Shown here one piece after another: positions 35,856 to 46,500 of a stretch of DNA of 64,000 nt (the stretch's first letter is position 1; the number at the start of each line of letters is the position of its first letter). The notes beneath the pieces were generated by a model. It was given only the letters and a program-made list of their open reading frames with translations, did not search any database and was not told the origin of the DNA. The stretch comes from Diadema antillarum. Its lineage: Eukaryota. The translations under genes and the position numbers were made by a program. The DNA lies in NCBI RefSeq assembly GCF_040938485.1, contig NW_027271048.1, positions 992,001-1,056,000 of the forward strand. The letters run 5' to 3'.

Positions 35856-36300
35856 CAGTTCGACCTCGATTATCTGGCCTCCTTTTATCCGGAAATCTCT
35901 ATTATCCGGACATGTTCACGCAGTGAAGGACTTTTTATTTCATCCTAAAATTCAGAAAAACAGTGACTTTAACATCTTTTCATGGATCTATTTCACTAAT
36001 TTCATAAGATGTGCATGATAGGTTTCTCAATATCTAATGAGGTACAACATGTATGATTTTCACATAAAGATATACTCTACTTTTGTGAAGAAGGAACTAC
36101 AATTTTGCGCAGGCTAGCATAGATTAGACCACCGTTGCGAGGTACGCTACCTGCCTAGCTGCCAGTGCACTGGGACGGCAGCTTGGACGGCAGCTTGGAC
36201 GGCAGCTATATACGTTAACATTGTGTCTCCCATATCCAGCCAATTTGCTTATCCGGATGAGTGCCGGTCCCGACATGGCCGGATAATCGAGGTCGAACTG
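35856..36300. mobile_element. Tc1/mariner (pogo/Tigger-like) MITE in the putative LRRK1 3' UTR
   Basis: TA|CAGTTCGACCTCGATTATCTGGCC...GGCCGGATAATCGAGGTCGAACTG|TA. Confidence 0.8.
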
Positions 36301-38350
36301 TAGTGTGTTTGCATTGGACTGATACAAGGCAAAATTCTGGGTTCATTTTTTCATAACATTTCATATCATTCCAGAAGAAGAGAATCAAAAAGTGTATGTG
36401 TATGTCCACAGCTTGTCACACAAGATCAATAGATACAAATTGTTCATGTGGCACATATGGGCAGTTTGGCACTCATGTACTTGTTTTAAAAAATAGATAA
36501 AAAGTGTGCTGTCCAATTAGCAGTTTATAAAAAAATGTATTCATTTACACTTTTATCAATAGAATATTTTGGGGACTAAAACATTGGTACTACTATCTAC
36601 TTTGTTGATGATAAAATATAATCTTCAAAACTGGAATCTGATGAAAAAGATGATAATGGTAGTCATTTTTATCACCGCCATCATCACTGTTCTGATTAAG
36701 ACATTCATGATGACACATTTACGATATTTTCTTGATTGTTAAGCGCTTTTTAAGTACTGTTGGTGCTGCCTGGAGCACTTCACGAACACAACCCTAATTC
36801 CGACATTTATCGCTACATCTAAGTTCCCTTCACTGCATGTGCACTGGTGCATCACCTTCACTTCCACTGGAGTAGTCCTTGTCAGAAATCATTTTAACCT
36901 GACACTGTGTTTATGGTCCTAGGAACACATACAGAAAGAGAGAGACTATTACCCTACACAGATAATCTTGGCATCAGCATGCATGCAAATCTTCCATTTT
37001 GTTTAGTCCCTCTTCGGATGAGTTTACAATATCTCACTGGCTTTCAGTCAAATGAACTCTGAGCAATGTGCTAGAAGTGCCTTTTTTTTCTGGAAAAAAA
37101 ATGGTGCTCTGGTGCTATATTTCATATGCATGCATGCCTTCCATATGTTTCACTCCCTGGGTCCTAATACACTGCATGGCGCATGTCAGATTAATTACAC
37201 GCAATACATGGCAATAAGTACCCTAGGTCCTGGAGCGTTAAACCCATGGCAAGGACAAATACTGGCATTGGGATATACTATTTGTTTGATACATTAAACT
37301 TTGGCGACTTACTTCTCTTGGGGAAAGAGAAATGCAAAGAATGAGAGGGTATCTAGGAATTCATCACTGAAGAATAAACCAGCAAAACAGTAACTGTGTC
37401 ATTTTTCAAAAAACAATCCACCACTGACTTGGCAGGATCACCATTAAGAAGACATGTGAGGCTCAGTTAAACTACAATACTGGTTGGTTTCGGCAATACC
37501 TGGGTATCTAAACTTTTGTTTACTGAAATTAACACTTCTGATGCTTTCATTACATATCTTTATGAAAGGAGACATCTTGAATACATAAACTGCAAGTTTA
37601 TCAGTATTACCAGTATTTTTTTTAATGTCCCACAAACAACTGCTAAGGAGTTTAGGGAAAAAGTGTATAAGGCACATCCAAAAGACATTTTGATAGGACG
37701 TTACTCTTGGTATGATTTATGACAAATTATTTCTATCAAGGCATTTTGGATACATTAGAGCATCCAATTTAAGCAGGTAGATGAATTTCTTGAGGAAAAA
37801 GAAAGATAACCGATACATTTGCATCCTCTATCTAATGTGCATTATGTCAACAGGCTGATAAAAATCAATTCACATTTCACAGGTTTAGATACAGTACACA
37901 GTTTGTGAGCAGGCTTTAATACACACATGCTAAACACCAGTGGCACCAGGTACATTTTGTGTGCTTACATCCTAGGTGTATAAAGTGAGCTGGAAGACAG
38001 GATAGGTCAAACTGTGAGGTGCATTGTGGGATATTGGAAGTTATAAACAGAAATCTGGGCCCTGTTGATAAAAGCTGAGAACAAAATATACAGTTGTAAG
38101 TCAGAAAATCAAACATAAGTCTCTGAATATTCAAATCTGATTGCCTGATACCCGACTTACAAATGTACATTTGACTTTCTGATTTATGTTTGATTGCCTT
38201 GTTTGATACAAGTAGGGGACCCTGGTCTCACCATCCTTGGTATTTTTGTGTCACAAAGAATCTATGTCAATACAATGAGCACTTCATGAAGTTCAATAAA
38301 CAAAAAGAAGAAAAGATTAAAGAAGAAAATCATGGTTTATCCTTTGTTAA

Positions 38351-38422
38351 CCCGTTCCATACGGGAACCTGGTGGCCTGTGTATTAAGTCTATGGGGATT
38401 TCAGATTTTAGAATGGAACAGG
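38351..38422. mobile_element. 72-bp TTAA-flanked mini element (piggyBac-like MITE)
   Basis: TTAA|CCCGTTCCATAC...GAATGGAACAGG|TTAA; second copy at 63658-63729. Confidence 0.65.
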
Positions 38423-39305
38423 TTAAGCTTACACGATGTCCCTGTTTATCTGAGCTGGAAAATTGTCTAACAAGACCTCATGCATGCACATGAACAATCA
38501 TAGGATGGACTACTTTAGGAATGATATTATCAAGATGTGGAATGTAGGATTGTACAATGTACATCACTTCTTGACAAATCTCACGCTTCACTCTCTTGCA
38601 TAATGATGCTACACATAAAGAACTATGAATCACATTTTGACACTCACAAACCACTGCTACCGAAAGTCGCAGTTTTTGTGCTGTTTTTTGTTTAACCTGT
38701 TCAGTGCATGACTGTCAACTAGAGGCAAAACTTTAGCTTTCCAAATGTAATTCACCTCACAAGGCAAAACAAAATTTTGAATTGATATGATTACCTCATT
38801 AAATTCTTTTTTGAATGCTACAATTTGTACAAGTGTTAATGTTGCAACACGATAAAATGTCTCATTTTTTTATGAAAACAAAAAGATGATAGGTTTTTTG
38901 GACTCTTACTGAAATGTTCATATACAGTACTACGAAACACAAAGCTGTGTTACAATGTGTAGAGTCAGTTCACACACTTCCCCAGAAAACGGTGTGATGT
39001 ATACACCGCCTCTACTGACTACCTGAAATTCTACACATAGAAATTAAACCAGTTTGGGAAAATTCAGGTAATGCTGGACAATATATGTAGTTAAAAGAAA
39101 TGGTGAGCTAGAACATGAAATTGTTTAATTCTAGCCAAGATTTGAGAGTGCAAGTGCCAAATGTGAGTTTATTAAGTTTTAATGAGCACATGAATACAAA
39201 CTCCTCTCATAGAGCAGCTGTCTTGTACAGTTTGTCTTTTTGTGCTTGTTCACATTGTCCACTCATCAACAACAAAAAAAGTTGACAAGACCGTATGAGC
39301 AACAA

Positions 39306-40586
39306 TCATGCCATTCCAGCTGTTTGGTCCTTTGAGGAGTGCCTAAGTCTGTCTTTGGTGCCCTGGTATTCCACCACCTGTTCTTGGGCCCAATTGGCCC
39401 ACAGCAGCAGGTGTCCAATCTGGCCAGTCTGGCCCATGCTGCCCTCGGCAGAGTGGCATGCAACCACCCTGTCGCGCCCGATCCGATGCAGTTCTCGGAC
39501 CTTGCCAAAGTCTTTGTTGACCATGGAACTGGAGTTTAGCACCGTCACCACCTCGCCAAAGTCGAAGCGTGAAGCATCGCCCGGAGTGCCAGCTCCATTT
39601 TCAATGTTCACCAGCAGGATGTCGCCACTTGACCTCCCCACCCAAAGAAGCCGGTCCACGGCCAGCAGTGATGTCATTTGGACACCCTGGGGCTTGGCAC
39701 ATGGGTGTGAATACACAATGCTCTGGATGTTGCGACGATTTCTCCTCGTGTTTTTGCTCCTCTGCATGCTAAGAGTTGTCTGTGAGGGTGATTCGAGGAT
39801 AGAAGCCTTGAAGTGATCGTCCACAATACTGAGTTCCTCCTGAAACTCCTTCTCACCCTTTGTAATGAACCTTCCGTCCCTGTTGCTATTGGCCTCGCAG
39901 ACGGCCGTAGCATGGGCCAGCTCCTGCGCCTTCTCCTTCTCCTCCCAGCTCTTACGTAGCTCCTGCCTCTCCTCTGCCTCCAGAGTGAGAAGGGCCCTGG
40001 GGCTGATGATCTTCTCACGCACGTCAAGGATGGCCATGCAGTGCCTGGTCTCGACGTCGTACTGGTATATGTGGTGCGCACTGGACGTGGAGCACCAGAT
40101 GCTTCCGTGGCCCAGCACCAACTTCTCCACCGACCCGTCCACCCCTGCCGCAACACGGATGACATCGGGTTCAAGCGACAGGCTTGGCAGGGAGATGATG
40201 CAGATGGTGGGACCGCATCCCACCCAGATCTCTTGTCTGTGTCCTTCTCTCCTATTGCATTCTGATCTCTCCCCATTGGGTTGTCCATTTGTTTCATCGA
40301 TAGACCTATGTCCTTCCGTCACCTCCTTCTCCTCAATGCCAGACCCCATGCCGGGAGCGCTGCTCTCAAACTGCCCTCTCAGCCGGGAGACGGAACGACC
40401 TCTTCGCTTGGTTACCACCTCCACCAGACTGGTGGTCGGGAGGACATGCTTGCTGAGCTGCAATCTCGCCAACAGTCTCAGTTTGTCTACCTCGTGGTTT
40501 TGGGTTTCCTCCTTTTGGTGACTGAAGACAGTCACCATCCCATTGACCTGACCCACTAGAAGGATGGGGTCCTCTTGGCCGGTGGG
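39306..40586 (-). CDS. LRRK1: LRRK1 terminal coding exon (WD40)
   Basis: PTGQEDPILLVGQVNG..EIWVGCG..SIWCS..LLWVGRSSGDILLV..HLLLWANW..AGMA*. Confidence 0.9.
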   Translation of the reverse strand, partial: PTGQEDPILLVGQVNGMVTVFSHQKEETQNHEVDKLRLLARLQLSKHVLPTTSLVEVVTKRRGRSVSRLRGQFESSAPGMGSGIEEKEVTEGHRSIDETNGQPNGERSECNRREGHRQEIWVGCGPTICIISLPSLSLEPDVIRVAAGVDGSVEKLVLGHGSIWCSTSSAHHIYQYDVETRHCMAILDVREKIISPRALLTLEAEERQELRKSWEEKEKAQELAHATAVCEANSNRDGRFITKGEKEFQEELSIVDDHFKASILESPSQTTLSMQRSKNTRRNRRNIQSIVYSHPCAKPQGVQMTSLLAVDRLLWVGRSSGDILLVNIENGAGTPGDASRFDFGEVVTVLNSSSMVNKDFGKVRELHRIGRDRVVACHSAEGSMGQTGQIGHLLLWANWAQEQVVEYQGTKDRLRHSSKDQTAGMA

Positions 40587-43500
40587 CTTTGGGTATAAGC
40601 AGAGAATAAAAACATGAGACAGAACATTACGGAGATTCTTTTCATAGCATTTATGACATGTTTGCACTCTAGCGTCTTCTCTTAAACAAGCCCTGTACAA
40701 TTTTCATTACACATGAAAGTTTCTCATAATTTCTCTGCCATATACAAAATTGAGTCTATTAATTAGGACACTTTTTGTGAGGTAATATAACTTGTCTTCA
40801 TGTCGGTACTCTTTCCTGACAAGTACCACTACGCTATTCCATATTTGGTAATCTGGGGGGCGTTTCATGAAGGAACTTGTCGGACAAAATGTCCGACAAG
40901 TCAATTATATCCGACAAGTTCAGAGAAATCAGCCAATCAGACTAAAGAATTTCTCAAAACTTGTCGGATATAATTGACTTGTCAAATATTTTATCCGACA
41001 AGTTCCTTCATGAAATGCCCCCCTGATCTTGAGATTATAGGAAAGTTCATGACTGTGGTAATGCTCCAAATCTACCTGGGTTGTGTGTCTATTTCTTTTC
41101 AAAAAATGAAAATTCATGGATTTCTCTTCACATTTTCCTTACATCATTTGAAGCATGTACTGGAGTAGTCTTTCTATCCAGCCATGACAGCACAGAAACT
41201 TCACAAATTCATAACTTCTGAATAGATTGTCTAATTTTCCTCAAACTTTCACCGACATGTTCTACTGATATTGCTGCATTCACTCAGGCCACATGTACAG
41301 TGTATGTTAAAGGTGAACTTGCCTTTATATTGGAAAATTTTAAGTACAATACACCTTGTCTGTAGTCCAGACTAGTATAACCCACCTGTTGAAGATAGAG
41401 TAAAGATGTTGGTTGGGCGGAGACTTTGCACTCTTGGAGGAGGCTGGGGTAGGATGATTGAGACCTGGGTAGGTGGTACAGCTGGACAAAGTCACCCTGT
41501 GGGTATATTCAAGAGATATTCAGAATGCAACACATTCAAAGCTCATCAACTGGCACAGAAAGAGATGAACACATAACACGACAACTATCTTCATCAAACT
41601 ATCAAAATTTGATGACTCTGCTCTTTTTTTTTCTATTGCTAAGAGACATAATGATAATACCATATTATGTTAATAGAAAAGAGGTCACAAGTTTGTGTTT
41701 GCTGCAACAGCTAGACTGGCTCAGCTGAGGTCACTCTCCCTGGTTTATGACATATTTGGCCGATCTGCAAATCTACCTAAATGAGCAATCTGTAGGTGAA
41801 TGAGTTCGCTCTTCCCATCACATTTGGATAGAAAAAAACATTGTTTAATGTCTAAATTTACAGATCATACATTGGCTTGCATTATTTCTGTAAATATGTA
41901 GGGTTGCTGAGCAATGTACAGTGAGACATGCAGAATTTTGCTATAAAATGCAAGCACTCACTGACAATAACTACACTGTACAGCATGTACCAAAGTACCA
42001 AAGTATGGGGGATGCATATATATGTTTGGTCAAAAAAATAATCCACTCTTTTAATCAATCAATATCTTCAAATAACCTCATGTATATGTATTCAATAATA
42101 TGTCATATATTCTTCATATGAAGTTATGTTCATATACCAAATGCTAAAAAAAAAAAAATGTCAATATATCAACATTTTCAGATACTCTAGGGGAGGATGA
42201 CAGGCTCTGGTGTTTCTGGAAAATGTGCAGCAGACATATCTTCTTTAAGCAGATTTGAACCAAATGGACACACCATTTAATACAATCCAGAAATTAGCAC
42301 AGCTGCCTACTGGCAGAGTAGATACAGACACTATATATATACATCAGAATATGAGAATGGGTAACAGACTGAAATATAGAGATACAGGAATGGAGCATAG
42401 GAATATATAGAATTAGACAAAAGAACAAATTCTAGATCCTGTAGGAGACTTAATTCTCACCATTGTTCCAACTATGAGATTTGTGCCGCATGGAGTTGAA
42501 GTGGCAGTCGTAATTATGGGGCACCGAAGGTCGTTTTGGCAGCTGGACTTGTATGACCCATCCTCATTGACATAGAATGACCTCAGCGAGGTACCTTGAC
42601 CAGTCTCTGCTATCAGATGTATGACATTCTCCTAGAGTGAGGGAAATAGGGTAACCACAAATTATTTGGCTAAAAATCATGAACTTTTAATGATGTGTGT
42701 TATCCATTTTCAAATACTGTAAAAGTAGTTATCTTCATGCGACTTATTTTTCGTGCTCAGACAGGTAAGAAGAGTTTGCATGTTTTTAATTCCACAGAAT
42801 CAAGACATCACGTACTGGAACATATGGCAAGCAAAAATATCTGCATATGCACGAAAATATCTGCAAATGCACGAAAATTTCAACACTGCGCAAATGTCCA
42901 CTTATGCAGTATGATGAAATACCTTTGATTTGATTTGATTTGATTTGATTTGATTTGATTTGATTTGATTTGATTTGATTTGATTTGATTTGATTTGATT
43001 TGATTTGATTTGATTTAAACTTTGTGTTCACAGGAACAAAAAACAAGCATAAGTGAGTTAATACAATGATCATACAATAACAATTTGTCTATTTGACATA
43101 CATGTACAAAAAATAATCAGGACACATATTTTGATAACATATTCAGCACATTTGCAACGATTGATAAATAAACAGTAATCACAAGAACCAAAGTGGGGGA
43201 GCCTAAATCAAAAGCACAGCTTGTATTACTTACAAATGTACAACAACAAAAAAATGAAAAAATAAATCACATCGTAATAAACCATCAATCAAATATATAA
43301 CAACAACAAAATATATAACCAAAATGGTATAAAAAACTTACAACTAAAACTAAAGTTCCACATGATGACAGAAAGATGGGATGAGAGGATACGAAACAGA
43401 AGGAATAGAGGAAGCAAGTTGAGAGGGGGAAGAAGTGTTGTACACAGTACACTCCTCATCGAGTCCAAATGATGTGTATCAGTACACTGTTGATTGTAAC

Positions 43501-46500
43501 AGTGCACACACAAAGACAGTTCTCACATGAGAGAACTATGGTGCTGCTTGGTAGAGCAATGTCAAGGGATGCATCCAATCTGTATCTGTAACAATTCACC
43601 TTCGAATCATCTTCAAATGTATCTCTTCCACTTCACTAGATGGAATGGTTGGTTAATTTAAACCCAAATTCTCACTCAGACAAATTCTGTATAATGCATG
43701 GGTAGCCCTTAAAAAGATCTTGGTATCTTGTGACCACATTAAGCGCAGCAGTTCTGGGCGTGACTGGACTCAACAGTGATCTCAAGCCAGTGCAAATCTG
43801 TAGATGGACTTTTGTGAAGAAAAAAAATTGAGAATTTGGCTGGGGAAGAATTCTAACATTAAAATATCAGATGTCATAATAGCAGGATTTACAGTCCATT
43901 TACCTCATCCCTCTCCCCAACACTAACGGCAGTGGTGACCTCACTGTCCTCCACCTCCACCACCCTGCGCAGGCACAGGAAACTGGGCTCGTGCAGGAGG
44001 TACTCGATGGTCCTGCCGTGAGGGCGCTTTCCGGGGTGGTCCTGCCAGCACGCCTCCATCAGTGCGCCCATGGCGGGGAACACCTGCTGAGGGGGCATGG
44101 AGTAGTCCTGGAAGTGGAAGGCGGGCTTGCGCCCCTCGTTGACGGCCAGTTGGATCTCCAGGCGGCTGTGCTTGTCGTAGTAGGGGCACAGGCCAGTTAG
44201 TAGGTGGTACAGGAACATCCCGTACGAGAACCAGTCAACCTAATATGATATGTACAAAGAGTTCATCAGTGTCACTAGAGGTATTAACCCATTGAGGAGG
44301 AGTCCCGAGTATACTCGGGCAGGGGTCCATGGGAAATGCACGTTGTAGCAAAATTAGCCCATCCGCAGTGGGTTTAAACCATCAAAAGTATGACTGACAC
44401 TCTACACAACATCTCTGTTCTTCCTGTTTTCTTGCTATTTTTTTTTCTTTGTTTTACCCTGATCATCCTGCAGAAAGCCGAGTTGGAATGGATAGGAGCA
44501 GGAAACCCTTAAGATACCTTCAACTATTATGTGAACATTCATCGTTTACCCACATCTTATATTTCATGAACAGACAGTGATGAATCAAACTAAGCATTTG
44601 GCAATTTGAAGAGTGAAAAGAAAAATGCATATAATATCATTATAGTGCATCCACAGAACACCCTCGCTAGTACCTTCTCATCAAACACCAGCCCCTGGAG
44701 GATTTCTGGAGCACAGAATCCGGGTGGTCCTGCTAGTCCCATGGCCCCCATGAGGTCATACGTCCTGGAGATGCCATAATCTGTCAGCTTAATGTTGACA
44801 TCTGCATTCTCGTCCACAGAAAAGAGGAGAATATTGTCTGTCTTGAGGTCGCAGTAAATGATGTCCTTGCCGTGCAGATATCTGATGGCCGAGGCAACTT
44901 GCTGTGCAATCCTGTGCGTGAGAGTCCTGCTCAGTACTGGCTCCAGGGCAATCTTGCTCTTCAGGAAGAAGGGAAGGGCATTGCGCTGCTCAGAATACAA
45001 GTAGCTCTGGAGGTCCCCAAGCGGGGCGAAGTCCATTGCGAAGCACAAGTGCTGTATCGACACTCCCACCAGTCGCACGATGCAGGGGTGGTTCAACCTG
45101 GACATGATGGCAACCTCGCTGCGCAGCTTGTGGAAGCTGTCCATCAGCATGGACGCCTCTGTGTCGGGGTATAGGTTGTCTTGCGACGACGTGGAATCGT
45201 TGCGCTCCAGCGACAACGTGGAAACTGACGATCCGCCCGATCCATATCCTTCGCTCTGGAAGGAGATGGAGCTGAGGAAGCGTGATGACAGCGTTGTCTT
45301 GGCAGCCACCGTTTCTTTGAGATACTTGGCCTTGAAGACTTCACCGAAGCCACCCTGGCCAAGAGAGTGTTTGGACACCATGTGCAGCTCAAAGTCTTCC
45401 TCTCTGAGGTGCCTCACAGGGAGGTCTTTCATGAACATGTCCGGGATCAGCATGTCAATGGGAATCAGCTTCTCCTGTGAATTTGCGCAGGCCGGGAGCT
45501 GAGTTTCCCCACGGACCAGGCGGTGCACCAGTTCCTCCACCGTGTAGCAGTGGGGCAGTGTTTCAGTGGCTGCTTCGCACAGCACGTCGTCCATGCCGTG
45601 ACTGAGACATACGGGACACGGTACAAGCCTCTGGATCCTGGGAACGTTGGTGTCACAGGACGATGAGCACAGTCCTGGCATAATCATGTGAGAAGAAGTA
45701 TTGTTGTTAAAATGTGGGGAACTCACTGTGATCTTTAATAAGGCATTAGCACTACTTCACAAAAAGCTCATAATACTTGCATTTGTAGATATAAGAAATA
45801 CATTTGCATTCTCCTCCAGAGCAGATATAGGGCAACAAGTTACGGTATTTAGCATATCATTAGAATGAGCACATTTATGTCATTCTTCAGAGGAAAATTG
45901 TGATTGAAAATTGATTTCAGAAATGGCTTGGAGCTTTACGCTGCCATCAGACAGATTCTTTAACATCAGTTTCTGCTACTACTGCGCAGTCTTTATCACA
46001 AACCAAACTGGAAACAGAAATTATAATGCATCTTGTTTTACCAGATTATACTTCGCTGACCAAAAGAATTCATAAATTGGTAGTATGTGAAGATACAATG
46101 GAAAGATTCAAATGTTAATTAAACTGATTACGCACATACATTGTACACACAAACATATACAAGTGTACCTACACATACAACACACAGATGTAGGGCCCAT
46201 GGACGGTCATGAATACATGAGCACAATAAGGGAGTTCATGGTTAGCGCGTGTCTCATTTGACCCCTACACCACAGACTCTCAAACATGGACATGTGTTGT
46301 GATCAAGAATTCCTTGTTGAAGTGTTGATGAATGAATTACTTACACCTGTACGTTCTAATTCAGTCTAAAACACATACATTGTAATGACATAATTCAGAT
46401 TCCCAGTTGCCCAAGGATTCTATTCATTTTAAAGTCAGTGGCAAATACACAGACAGTCTCATTTGACCTTTGTTTTGCACATGCGCAAATCACAACCGAT

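Noticed and set aside
39295-40559. Long + strand ORFs (173, 218 aa) and an alternate-frame - strand ORF (207 aa) over the LRRK1 terminal exon
   Set aside because: Shadow ORFs of a GC-rich coding exon; no recognisable motifs or independent splice signals.
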